DNA of 64,000 bases from Antedon mediterranea (Eukaryota; Animalia; Echinodermata): assembly GCF_964355755.1 (NCBI RefSeq), contig NC_092674.1:26226001-26290000 (forward strand). The letters run 5' to 3'. The position numbers and the translations under genes are program-made. Below the pieces are notes generated by a model. That model was given only the letters and a program-made list of their open reading frames with translations, was not told the origin of the DNA and searched no databases. This document shows positions 26,901 to 46,084 of this stretch, piece by piece. Positions within the stretch are counted from its first letter, which is position 1; each line of letters starts with the position of its first letter.

Positions 26901-29560
26901 GTTAAGCCACTGTATTAAGGGGCCTGCAACTGTACAGCTTAATCTGTTGTCAAGTTTACACCAATACACTTGCCTGTCTGTCCATAGATGTAGTAATGAA
27001 CATTTTGGCGCCAATATCTCCCCCAAAACTAATGTTAAACACAATCCGCGAATGGAAGATGCCATCAGTCTGACCGAACACATCACATTTATTTTTCCCA
27101 GGTCGGCACAAATCCCAGAAAAGCATCTCACCACTGAAAACATAAACAACTATTAACTTAAAAACACAATTATTACAAATACTAAGAATAATACAACTTT
27201 TTTCATCAAATTAAATTGAGAATCCAAATGTTGAAACCTCTAAACTATCCACCAATTTATCATTAGTTTACAATGTCAGAAGAAATGCATTACTCAAATT
27301 GTCTCATTTTTCGTTCTGTGTACAGTACATTTAAAACATACATGTGCGTGGTAGATTGAATACATTATTTAAAAAGGAATAGGAGAATGGATTCTGTCTT
27401 TGTGTGCTAATAATGGTAGTCGCTGTGCTGTACTGTATATACTCTATGACATGATTATGTAGAGGGTCTAATCCAACTATTAAACAAACCGTTTACATTT
27501 ATACAGTAATACTCACGAATGTGAACTCGAAATTAAACGACCTGGAGTATTTTTCGGCCAGTAGAGTGTCAGCCATACTCTACTTCTTCTAGGGTCTTCC
27601 TCACCCTTCTCTTTGGCTCTGAATCCACCCACTCTCGATGGCAGTCTTAGAGTCATCACAGCCTTCCCTTGACTCATGTTCCACAGTCTGACCGTTCTGT
27701 CTCGACTTGAAGTAGCCACAAGGCACCCGTTTGATTTCTCTACATTTTTTTCTTCTTTTTCAACTTAAAGAAATGAATAAATGTCATAAAGATATATTCT
27801 TTACAATAAAATTTAATGACAAAAAACAAGAAGATCGACATTTCGGAACCATCATGGAACCATTTTCAAGATCAAGTGATCAAATTATACAAGATATATT
27901 TATTTATTTTATTTCAATAATATTTTACGAGGGTGGTCCATTCAGCCGAATCTGATCATTGGGACCCTCACAAAAATACATCATGAGACATAAACATGTA
28001 ACAATAAAAATTAAATTAAAATAAATATAATATATAATTCAAGTTTGATAACAACTATACTTAGTGAATATATATTAGAAGCATACCTGTTTCATTTACA
28101 GCATTTTCAACTGTTTGTTGTTTGTTGACTTTTATTTCCTCCCCTGCAACTGGGCACCAGACGACGCTGTGCACTTCGTCATCATGACCACGAAGCTTGT
28201 GAACAATACCACCTCTCTTACCAATGTTAATAACCAAAACAACTCCGCTCTTGTACCTATAAAAATAATAGATACACTTGGTATTTATCTTGAAACATGC
28301 TAACATTTGTAAGAACAGTGGACACATAAGTTGTTGAATCATATGGTTAGAGTATGCAGCACAATAATAAATGAAACAATACATATAAAATTATTAATTG
28401 GTGTGGAATTGCTGTACATTTATCAGAGAATTTAACATTTTTAAACAAGGAATCTATTGTCAAATTTCTTTGTGGTGTCTAATCTGAGCCAACTTTTGAT
28501 ATATGTTAATAAGAAATTAAGCACAAACATTTAAGAAAATGGTAAAGAAATAATTATTATTATTTAAAAAAACTACAATTATGATGTTATATACAAAATT
28601 TGTACTAAAATATTAATGCTAGAAAATACATAGTTTGTTAAAAATATAAAAAATAGACATCTACCCAACAATGACATGAGCAACATTATGTGGACTACAA
28701 GAAAGACAGAATATGTGACCATGTTCTGGAGTGAAGGATTTAACTTTCTTGTCAACAAAGTTCCAACAGAGAACTGTCCCCTTGACATCTCCTGTTACAA
28801 TAAGATCTTTTCCCAGTTCAGACCAATCTATAGCTGTTGGTTTATCCTGAAAAATGGAAATTAAATTATGACATGAATTTACAAGCATTGAAACTTGTTA
28901 TATGTGCCGTGGCACTATAAATACAGGTGGTGCCAATGTAAAGTGTTTTTAAGAAGGTCAAATACACTTGACTTAAAATTAAGGTGATTTCAATTATTAT
29001 TTTACTTTTATATAGGCCTACGGGTTAGTCGCGTTCAATACAAAATATAAATCGTAAAACTCAGCCACTGTATAATTTTCCCTCTCATTTCATTATGCTT
29101 TTATTTTAAATCTAATTAAATTGTATTTCTATTCATTTAAATTAAATTATATTTATTTACATAATCTAGCATAGACTTACTACTACTACTACTACCTAGC
29201 TCTAGGCCTAGTCCTAGCCTCTAAAAAATAACTAAACTTCAAACTAATTATTTGAGTAAACACCTTATGAGAATTGTGACGATGTAGTTCAGAAAGTAAC
29301 TTGATATCCCAAACTCTGACCGACAGGTCTTCACTAACGGAGGCGCAGAGATTTGACTGCCCGTCATACTTGCTAAAAACTACCCCAACCACTCGTTCGG
29401 TGTGACCAATCAAATGGCCTACGAACTCTGCCCGTGGTTTTCGAGCATTAAACAAACAAATGGAGTGTCGAGCAGCAAACAAAAATATCCCTTCTGTATT
29501 TGTATCTGTAGCCCTACTACAATACCAATTTGGTGAAGGTGGGATTATCTCAGAATTCAT
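14942..29560 (-). CDS. GEMIN5: Gem-associated protein 5 (WD40 repeats, TPR-like module, C-terminal region), 24 coding exons
   Basis: N-terminus PPSPNWYCS...GHTERV; motifs [28 protein letters not shown] and [10 protein letters not shown]. Exons: 29560-29264, 28846-28665, 28256-28087, 27739-27517, 27133-26974 (GC donor), 26485-26273, 25964-25879, 25405-25329, 24923-24787, 24140-24067, 23976-23619, 22977-22803, 22427-22005, 21615-21499, 21359-21261, 21179-21042, 20594-20447, 20074-19955, 19517-19307, 18739-18619, 17903-17731, 17080-16927, 16493-15826, 15136-14942. Phases are compatible. Confidence 0.94.
17403..17713 (-). mobile_element. tRNA-derived SINE with a Deu/Nin-like domain, tail type 1
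   Basis: Reverse strand: gtggccgagcggttaagac ... tcttctcggataaggactataaaccgtaggtcc...gtgcactttaaagaacc, ending in (aaat)n. Confidence 0.8.
18939..19155. mobile_element. Harbinger-like MITE, family C
   Basis: Imperfect TIRs agccttgatcgcaccggact / agtccagtgcaaatcaggct; flanks taa/taa. Confidence 0.65.
20707..20860. mobile_element. MITE family A copy
   Basis: gctttgtctacactatcaaactagtttgac ... agtttgatagtgtagacagagct. Confidence 0.8.
21744..21885. repeat. Dispersed repeat shared by GEMIN5 and SMU1 introns
   Basis: caaggataaccataagc..attcactatccttcttaaaggt..aatcctgttcacaag...ctttgggagtggag recurs at 37407-37574. Confidence 0.7.
22552..22650. mobile_element. MITE family A, truncated copy
   Basis: One TIR plus the core sequence. 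Confidence 0.7.
23084..23397 (+). mobile_element. tRNA-derived SINE, CORE-like central domain, L2-type 3' tail
   Basis: A box tggcgcagtgtg, B box ggttcgaatcc, central ggcaagatacttta...ctccacccaggtgtataaatgggtacc, tail gtaaagcgcctttgagca...ggcgctatataaat followed by (tat)n. Confidence 0.85.
23468..23573. repeat. Compound minisatellite
   Basis: gaactggaat units interleaved with gtttaaagtagata. Confidence 0.85.
24436..24660 (+). mobile_element. Deu/Nin-like SINE fragment, tail type 2
   Basis: gttctggtggtagaacaagtcttctcggataaggact...gtggacagacg..ggcgccgt; a further fragment lies at about 34057-34125. Confidence 0.72.
25470..25823. mobile_element. MITE family A, tandemly duplicated copy with expanded 21-nt internal units
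   Basis: Two left TIRs (near 25470 and 25656), repeated atatcactaccatattcaagc units, one right TIR. Confidence 0.8.
26043..26221. mobile_element. MITE family A copy
   Basis: Degenerate TIRs and several gtatatcactaccatatttgg units. Confidence 0.75.
26486..26973 (-). other. GC-AG intron in GEMIN5
   Basis: Donor CAG|GCAAGT. This junction keeps [16 protein letters not shown] in frame and colinear with recalled human STSMDRD-VKCWDIATL. Confidence 0.85.
26728..26912. mobile_element. hAT-like MITE (YAGTGGCGTAA termini) with a 17-bp internal tandem repeat
   Basis: tagtggcgtaa ... ttaagccactg; ctcatagggcccaagag repeated about three times. Similar termini at 5687-5794 and 17198-17331. Confidence 0.55.
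27898..27978 (-). repeat. Retroelement-like 3' stem-loop tail, two copies
   Basis: gggtccc(t)aatgatcag.ttcg.ctg.atggaccaccctc.taaaatatt.ttgaaataaa occurs here on the - strand and at 9395-9465 on the + strand. Confidence 0.65.
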
Positions 29561-30114
29561 TTTAAATGAATTTCATTTTTGGCATTAAACTTCTCATGGG
29601 AGCTTCCATGTTGAAAGAATGTTTTACTATTTAACCGACTGCCTGCCAATTAAAATCTACTAAACACGTGGGTTTGTGCAGACACAAAAAACGGACAATA
29701 CGGTTGAATAGAAAAGTAAAAATATCTAATCGTTGGAGGCGCTATTAAATTTTATCAGAGAAGAAAAAAATGTTTTTGTTTGTACTCTAAAAACACTGAT
29801 CTGATGCAAATATGAATGTAATTAAGAAGACAGGTTTGTAAATTCATATATACATATACGTGTATGAGATTTTTTTTCTCTAAGACTTTCTATGACAGAG
29901 GAAAATGCCAAACGAAAGAGCTAGGCCTAGCCTAGATTACTCTTCTTCACATAACACACGGAGGTCGAGAACATCACACGTGCTCGAAGAACGCGGAACG
30001 CGAGCCTAGCCTAGATAAACATAATGAGGATTTTTACTTTTGCCTACTGTATTTATTTAATCAATATGTAATTTTCTTGCAGCCTTTACCTCCTGGACAC
30101 AGAGAGCCATAGCC
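29561..30114. promoter_or_regulatory. Bidirectional promoter region, GEMIN5/MRPL22
   Basis: Divergent ATGs about 555 bp apart; CACGTG near 29665 and 29977; CCAAT at 29646. Confidence 0.55.
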
Positions 30115-32025
30115 ATGATTCAACCAACATCAAAACAAATTCACCAAAACTTGCACAATTATAGGCCTACACAACAAATATGCTGCTTTTGCCACAGGTA
30201 GTGGACCTTCAAATTTGTGTTATTTTTTATTTAAAAAATATTTAAATAAAAATGTAATCAAATTAAATATAAACATAGAAATTGCAATTACTATACAAAA
30301 TTACAGGGATTTATATAATATATACCGTATTAACTATTTATCAACTTGTTATTGTTCATATATTTTGCTTTTTTCAGATATCCCAGTATTGCAAATATAT
30401 CAAGACAAATTCATACATCGACGACTCAAGCAGCAGGAAATTGGGAAAAGAATAACAATATTAAATATCCACCACAACTTCCAGGAGAGCCTCCTAGGAT
30501 GGCTGTAAGAAAGTACTGTATTATAAATAATAGGTGGGGTGATTGGTAGAGTGCAGAAAATTAAATATCTGGGTGGTAAAGTTTTGGAAGGGAAACATGG
30601 ATGGTACCTAGAGTGTGTTAACTATTTGTCTCAAAATAAATGTAATGGTATTTATTTTTACAGGAAGTTTACCATTGTAGAAGACAAATTAAATACAGTA
30701 AAGAGAAGCTGTGGTACATAGCAACTTTTGTAAGTATACCAGTGATGTAGTCACAAGAAATAAAATGGTGCGGTTTTCACAAGAAAAGGGAACAATCTCT
30801 ATTCAAGCCACTGTGTTATCAAAGGCCCCAGTGAAAAATTGGTCATGTTGAAACCTTACCAACCATAACTGGTGGCTATGGCCTAGATTCCTCCTATAAA
30901 AATTAATAGTTATTCCTTGTAAATAACTGCCTACTGTAGCATGCAGACCTATTGTACAGTACATAATCATAGAGACAGAGTATTATCTCTCTGACATAAA
31001 AGGGAACAATCTCTGATAAAGCCACTGGGTTATGAAAAAGCGGTCTGGTTAAAACCTTACCAACCGTACTGGTGGCTACAGCCCTGTATACAGCATCAAT
31101 ATTTAACAATTTGCTTTCAATTTAGGCCTACAGACAAAACTTCATTTAATACAAAAAGTAAAAGATAATATTAGCTGTGGTGTGATTTTTTTTTTTCAGA
31201 TCAAAGGAAGGATGATTGATGATGCTTTAACACAGTTGGACCATATAAACATGAAAGGGGCTAAGATTGTAAAAGAAGTAAGTATTTAATTGTTTTAATT
31301 TTCTATGGACAACAGACCTATTTACTTTACTCCCTTCAGCATTAACATTTTAATGAACCTAATAATCATTCCCTTCACTGTAACTGGATAGGCCAACCTC
31401 ATTAAAAATGGTTAAAAAAAATATTTGCTTTTGTAGATTTTATTGGAGGCGCAGGACATGGCAGTGAAAGACCACAATGTTGAGTTCCGATCAAACCTTC
31501 ACATCTGTAAGTGCACCCATTATTGTACAGGATTTGCCAAAATATGGTAGTGATATGCACAAATATGGTAGTAATATGACATCATCATGTCCATATATGG
31601 GCACATCACATTTTTTTAAACATAAAGTTTGATAGTGTAGACAGAGCTTTACACTTATACACATTTTGTATAGGGTAGTATAGTAATATGCACAAATATG
31701 GTAGTAATATGACATCACATTTTTTGTCACATCAAGTTTGATAGTGTGGACAGAGCTTTACACTCATACACATTTTGTATAGTACCTCTAATAAGTATAT
31801 TTTGTTTTGTTTTCAGCAAGGGCTATTTCAAGTAAAGGTGAACATGACAAAGCCATTCGGATACACGCTAAGGGACGCTACGGAATCATGAATATTAATT
31901 ACAATCACTTCTATGTTTGTCTTAAAGAGGGACCACCCCCCAAGCAGGAAGTGGTCACTGGTTATGACCAAGCCAGGGAATATATTGAAAATCAACGCAA
32001 GAGAACAATTATACGAGGATTGTAA
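30115..32025 (+). CDS. MRPL22: Mitochondrial ribosomal protein L22 (uL22m)
   Basis: Exons 30115-30197 (start exon less certain), 30378-30504, 30664-30729, 31200-31277, 31437-31506 and 31817-32025. Motifs [54 protein letters not shown] and LKEGPPP. Confidence 0.94.
30739..31082. repeat. Dispersed repeat, partly duplicated in an MRPL22 intron, with an inverted copy in an SMU1 intron
   Basis: aaagggaacaatctct..aagccactg.gttat...aaaccttaccaacc.ta.ctggtggcta occurs twice; reverse copy at 33927-34063. Confidence 0.65.
31535..31757. mobile_element. MITE family A, duplicated right halves in the last MRPL22 intron
   Basis: Two right TIRs, each followed by the same host flank tttacact(t/c)atacacattttgtatag. 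Confidence 0.75.
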
Positions 32026-32068
32026 TCATTGTAGTTAACAGCCAATCATTGTGATTAAACAATCTAAA

Positions 32069-32188
32069 GCTCTGTCTACACATTCAAATATGGTAGTGGT
32101 ATACCCAAATATGGTAGTGATATGACATCATGTCTATATATAGGCACATCACATTTTTTTGTCACATAAAGTTTGATAGTGTAGACAA
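32069..32188. mobile_element. MITE family A copy in the predicted MRPL22 3' UTR
   Basis: agctctgtctacac ... agtttgatagtgtagaca, between the stop (32025) and AATAAA (32292-32297). Confidence 0.75.
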
Positions 32189-33083
32189 ATGTATCGTTTC
32201 AAAACTAATCATAGATCATTATGATTATGACTTTTTTCACAGTGCATAAATTAACACAAAAAGGGTATTTAGAGATCAATTCAGGAATTGAAATAAAGTG
32301 TTAAGAAACATTCAGTTCGTTCGTTTGTACAATTTTAAGCAACTAGGCCTAGTTAAGATCATAAAAATTACCATTTATTCTACATATGCTTATTCACGTA
32401 CCATTCTACAAACATTAATAAAGCAAGAATATATACATTTATTAGACACTTGGGTTAACATATCTTTTATCACACTATTTTGTAAATGGTATAAATCAAA
32501 TATTTGTATTCAGACAATTTATAGGTCTCTGTACTGTGTACATCACTTTGATTTCAAACATGGTATTTATATAAAAATATTACATATTGGCCGAGTGGAT
32601 GAACTGAGGTTTATAAATTGAATATGTTCAACACGCGTAAGCCGAGATTCGAGAAAGCTGTTTGGTAAACCCAAAATACTCATTGCTGTAATGGCATTCA
32701 TTGTTGGATTTTTTATGTGCATGATACAAGCAGGTTAAAATTTACAAGATTTAATATATTTCATTGATGCGTGTAGGATGAAATAAAGGTTATCTGTATG
32801 TCTGGTGTATAAGATCACTATAGTATTTGTATTAACCCGAAATATTTATCGAAATTCATTTACTATATCAAACCATCACATACATTGGTGCGACATCATT
32901 TATTGTTTGATGATGATAACGTTTGTTGTACACAAAATATGCAAGTAACAATTTACAAGTGTACTACACATGAGTTCTTTGTGGATACAGTACTAGGATT
33001 GTGTGTGTTAAATTCATCCACATCCTCACCAGTACACTTTTCCTGCAAAGTTTTTATAAAAAATGAAAATATTATAATTATGT

Positions 33084-38217
<5,134 letters not shown>

Positions 38218-38671
38218 TCTAACTTTTTAATTTCAACCCGGCGAGGGGTTGTTCTGCTGTTTTGACGCTGGATGATAAACTATTATTAACTAGATTTCAG
38301 TTTTTTCTTTTATGTTATATTTTTGTTTTAAAATAATAAAGAAGTAAATACTAAATATATTTTAGTAATATTTAAAATTTCATTTTAAAATTAGATTGGA
38401 AAATGTATGACTTTTATATGTTGCTAAATATAATATGCTTGTGTACTATAAACGGGTCAACGAACAGTGAGGTTAACAAGTGAGGGACACGTTAAGCCTA
38501 ACGCTCGAGTTGTCGTAGCAGTAGCAGCAGCAACAACGCAAAAACTAAGAACCTTTTTCTTGGCGGCGAACGAATAGAAGCAGTACAAACCGTTGTCTAG
38601 CCTGGGAATTGAAGTTGATCTCCGAATGATGTAAAAGTTTCTCATACATATTTATAGTATATTGATTTAAA
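38218..38671. promoter_or_regulatory. Bidirectional promoter region, SMU1/WDR61
   Basis: Divergent starts about 455 bp apart; CpG-containing segment with an E2F-like ttggcggcgaa near 38560-38570. Confidence 0.5.
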
Positions 38672-41382
<2,711 letters not shown>

Positions 41383-42204
41383 CAACGCATTCTTAGACTT
41401 GAGAGCAAAAATTCCATAAACTTGACTATTTAATTTTTGTTAATGATTAGGGATTGGAATTGTATCTACTAGTACATTACAACAATGGAATGATCTGTGT
41501 AGATATAGAAGTAAAGACTTTCCGAAAAGTATGATTTTCTTCTACAAAACTGGTATCTACAAAGATATTCACCATTCAAATATGATGTGTAATCAGTCTA
41601 AACCAGTTAACAAAACAAGGCTTTAGTTATTTGCCCTGGCTAAAGAGGATTTCATGAGCATATAAAGTTAAATCACTAACTTTTATATTTATTATCTCAA
41701 TTTATACAGACAAGCTGTAATGGTAATAGAAATATAGAATCTGTTGTCATCATATCATGTTATTATCTGTCATTCTCATGACGATTTACATACAATGCGG
41801 ACAGGCGGCTGTAAATACAGATTGTACGTGGGACAAAGCTACACAGCTTTCCACTTACAGTTATCACAACCTCTTCAAAAACAAAGTACTGTACAGTGAA
41901 TGTACTTTTTGTAGCACAAAAAAAATTACAGGATTTCTTTACATAATTGTACTATTCTTCAACTTATTGTAATACAAAAATATACAGTATACATATGGAA
42001 TATTATGTTCTTTTATTTTGCTGTGTATTGTAAGAAGAAACTAAGAATAAAATTGTCACCATATTTGGTGAAGGACTTTTTCCCAGTTTATTTTTGTGGA
42101 ATTTAGTACAGTATTATTATCTATAAATATGGTAAAACATGTTCATTATCTTTTATTTTTAACAATAATTTAAAATGCTGGTTATCATCATACATCGCTG
42201 TGCA

Positions 42205-42360
42205 AGTTTTGACCAATCAAATGTCAGAATTAAATTATCTAACGATACGCGATGTCACGTGCTGCGTGCCTGCAGGCTCTCTGTACTGCACGTGACAAAA
42301 ACACTGATTGGGGGTTTCCCCTAGATATGTGCTGCTAGATATTCGAATAGCTCGCGAAGT
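42205..42360 (+). promoter_or_regulatory. Candidate proximal promoter of the LRMDA-like gene
   Basis: CCAAT at 42213-42217, E-boxes GTCACGTGC at 42254-42262 and GCACGTGAC at 42288-42296, ATTGG at 42307-42311, kB-like GGGGTTTCCC at 42311-42320; locally CpG-rich. Confidence 0.55.
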
Positions 42361-42401
42361 TACTTAATTATTTCCTTCTAATAAAATAAGAAACATAGAT
42401 C

Positions 42402-45248
42402 ATGGTGGATGAACAAGGTAGGCTAAGTCTCGCCTACCAAGGTATCTCGGAAATACCCGCAAATTTACAAAAGAAGAAACAGGCTATCGGAGTACTTCAG
42501 TTGGATCTAAGCCACAATAAATTCTCGTATCCTTTGTTGCTCTCCCCCTTGACAATCACATTTTTTACTTCAAAATATCAGGTCAACCGAGGTCATAGGC
42601 CTAGGAATAATTACTGTAGATTATTTAAAATCAAATAATTAAGTAACAGTACCGATGTATGTTATTTATGTAAATAAGTTATTGTAGTTGTATTTAACAA
42701 TTTCTTTGAAGAAACGTACAAAATACAAAAGGTTTCTCCATTCACACAATTTAAATAATTGTTGTCTGTCTCCATCTATATTATTACTGTACTAACCTAT
42801 TGGTATTGGCACCTTTCAGGTGTATTATAAACGTTTTATGTATTAGTGAGTAGTAGTAGGCCTCAACTAAAATTAGGGAGCTTTGATTTGACTTTATATG
42901 GAGGTATCGTTTGGTCTTGCAATTTTTGTCAAGTCATCAGAGAATTTGGTTGCTTCTAGTTGAGTTCAGATAAACTTTGTTTTACAAATTTACAGCCATC
43001 ATCAATTGTACAAAAACGAAATCAATTGTACAAATCTAGATCATCACTGTACATTAGTACATATTGTAATGTTTTTTTCTATTTTGATTAACTATTTCTA
43101 GACTTATTGTTACCACCATCCATATAAATATTTAAAGATAAGATGTATTATTTGTTGAATAATTGTGGATCAAACAAACAAAACCTTACCTTTCTTTTCA
43201 ACATTTCAAAGTGACAATTTAATAGCTACAGTTGTTTCTTTAACAACATAAAAACAGAGATTTGCGTTCTTTGGAAGAATTTAAAAACTTACACACATTG
43301 ATCTTGGACAACAATGAGATATCATCGCATGTGGCGTTTCCCGATCTACCAAATATCACCACACTATGGTTAAATCGTAACAAAATTTCAAACTTAAGCG
43401 TAATTGTCGATAAACTTCAGATGCGATTTCCAAAATTAGAGTACCTTAGTTTGATGAATAACCCAGCAGCGCCAAGTTATTTTAATGGTGGAACCTATCA
43501 ACAGTTCCAGGATTACAGGTTTGTTGTACGATACGTACCTGACTGGTCAATTGTATGACTCGCCTTACAACCCTTGGGAGAGGTGTGTCATTTGTCCAAT
43601 GGCGTCATACCTTATAAATACCATGATGCACCATTTTTGTTCATGATATGGTGGGTGGACATTGACACATTCATTGATGTGACTATTTAGGTTTTTTGAT
43701 GCACCCTGCATAAAAGACACATCCATGACACACCTCTATCGGGGGTCGTATAGTGGGTCATAAAATTGACAAACTGTGCATAAAGCCTGGTTTCCATATC
43801 GGGGATCTAGTACGCGAGCGCTAAATATTCTTTGGTACGCGTATACGATTCATCGCCGGCAAAGTTGAACATGGTTGAACTTTGCCGATTTGACTGCGAT
43901 GAATCGCGTGTCACGATTTTAATGGAAACGCTGTAGCGATTTTAATGAAAACCAGGCTTAATAGTCTCATATACAAACTTTTTGTTTTTCAAATTTTTAA
44001 CAAAAGTTAAAAACAGTGCATCCACACATTTGAAGGAAAAATATTTAACAATGAACATTGTTCTGTTATCTACCTTCTCTATGTTATCTATTCATATCAG
44101 ATGATATAATGGAATGGAATACAACAAAAATATAAAAGGAAAAGGTCATACTATATGTCATCTGTCTACCAAAATAAAGGGAACTATTTCTCCTTTTGAA
44201 AGTTTACAATATAAGCTAGACTTGCCCCAAGTCTGTATTTATTGTCTTTTTTTATGTTAGTCCACCAGTCAACCTTTCAATTTTTGTCTGAAAATACAAG
44301 CTCATGTATTATATGTGTGAAATGCCGTATAAGCCAAAATATTTATCTTTGTACTATTTTGGTCTAGAACCTACATTAATAAAAGCCTACAATTCTGTTC
44401 ATTCCAGACAGTACGTGATAAGTCAATTACCCAGCTTACAGACACTGGACGACCAGTTTGTGAACTTAGAAGAACGATTAGAGGCAGTACGAGTTTATAA
44501 ACAGATGCTATCCAAGAAAAAATCTGTGGTAATCATAAAAGTTTTCCAATAATACAGCTGGAACCCTGGGACTCTCCAATTATTAATGGAGAACCCTGAA
44601 TTTCCAACAGACCACTGAGTCTCTAAAATTAATGTCAACTTGTCTGCTATGACCTTCATTAACAACAAAGCATCCAAATGTCGAGTGCGTGTGCCCGAGC
44701 GGTTAAGATAGTGGAACCGTTATCTATAGCCATGACAAGTCTTCTCGCATAAGGACTATAAACAGTAGGTCCAGTGTACATCTAGCTCATGTGCACTTTA
44801 AAGAACCTAGTACATCTTTCGAGACGAGTAGGGGGTTACCCTGGTGTACTAGTTCATACACACACTGTCGTGGACAGACGTAATGGCGCCGTAGTTGCCT
44901 GCCGATGACACGATGAGACCCTTAGGGGAGAAGAATGTTGTTGAAAGCGTATAACATCTTAGTCCACAGCGCCTTTGATCACTTGTTGCTCGAATTGCGC
45001 TTTACAAATTCGTATTATTATTATATTATTATTAAATATGAAACACAATTGAAATTGGACGCCTCATTTGAATCATGGAACTATAGTTCCATGATTCAAG
45101 TTTGTCCCACTATTAAAATTTAATATTCTATTATTATTATTTTAATCTCCTGAATTGTGTTTTTGATTTATAGAAGAAGAAAAGAAAGAAGTCACGGCCA
45201 GGGGAACCAGAAGTTCTCAAAGTTGGCGACAGTGTGGATATTAAGTGA
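42402..45248 (+). CDS. Leucine-rich repeat protein, LRMDA (C10orf11)-like
   Basis: Exons 42402-42526, 43258-43518, 44408-44528 and 45174-45248 are in frame. LRRs LDLSHNKF, LILDNNEI, LWLNRNKI and LEYLSLMNNP, plus an LRRcap DYRQYVISQLPSLQTLDDQFV..EERLEA. Resembles LRMDA; strict orthology not established. Confidence 0.85.
42527..43257 (+). other. U12-type GT-AG intron in the LRMDA-like gene
   Basis: 5' splice site GTATCCTTT; branch site TTTCTTTAAC at 43235-43244; A-rich 3' end (aacataaaaacag) with no polypyrimidine tract. Confidence 0.9.
43546..43780. mobile_element. TIR element family E, shorter copy
   Basis: gtcaattgtatgac...gggagaggtgtgtcat ... atgacacacctct..cgggggtcgtatagtgggtcataaaattgac; abuts the family D MITE. 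Confidence 0.7.
43784..43958. mobile_element. Harbinger-like MITE, family D, with an internal palindrome
   Basis: TIRs agcctggtttccat / atgaaaaccaggct; TSD taa/taa; internal gattcatcgc..cggcaaagtt / aactttgccg..gcgatgaatc. Confidence 0.75.
44685..45033 (+). mobile_element. Deu/Nin-like SINE, tail type 2 (L2-like)
   Basis: gtgcccgagcggttaaga...tcttctcgcataaggactataaacagtaggtcc...gagtagggggttaccctggtgtact, tail agcgcctttgatca...gcgctttacaaat followed by (tat)n. Confidence 0.8.
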
Positions 45249-45619
45249 ATAAATTTCTTTCGCAGCTTCTGTTTGTCTCATTCATATTATTCTGTATATA
45301 ATATTTTATTTCTGACTCAGTACTATAGAATTTACTTGAAAAAAGGGAAAGAAATTACAGCATTTTATTTGAATTAAAATGCACGAATGAAATTATTTTG
45401 AATTTTGAAAAATGATGCAATATTATTTGTTAACTGTATGTAAATTTGTTAAAATAGTAGTTAATAATAAAAAATATGCAATTTCCCATTTAATATATTT
45501 GTATATAGATGAAAATAATTTTATAAATGAATGTTATTCTTGTTGGTTTAGGTTCATACCAAGGTCACAAGGTCACAATCATTTTATAGTTACTTTTGTA
45601 CGGCCACAATAATGAGTAG

Positions 45620-45790
45620 AAATAAAAAATGGATTAGATATACATAATGAAATAGATTTAAATAATGGAGTAGATATACATAATGGAGTAGATAAACAAT
45701 GAAATAAATTTAAATAATGGAGTAGATATACATAATGGAGTAGATATAAACAATGAAATAGATATAAATAATTCAGTAGATACATAGATA
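45620..45790. repeat. Minisatellite with units of about 20 bp
   Basis: ataatggagtagatatac and aatgaaatagat units. Confidence 0.8.
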
Positions 45791-46084
45791 CAGTACTAAT
45801 GGTGTTCTATTTGATTCAGCAATACTCAATACGTATTGTACTGTATCATTGGTCGTTTCGTATTGGTCAATGTAAAGGTTTTCATTGAGTTAGGGTCACA
45901 GCAAGGGTACTAATTATTGTAGTCATACAAAATTGATTACTATGCAATACTCAACAATAGAATTAGATAAAAAATATGTACATTGATATGTAGACATTGC
46001 TGTTAAACCAAATGTTAAAATCAAAGCTTTAAAAATTGATTTCTCCAAAGACTTACTTATTTACTTACTACCTTTGTAAGGTTG

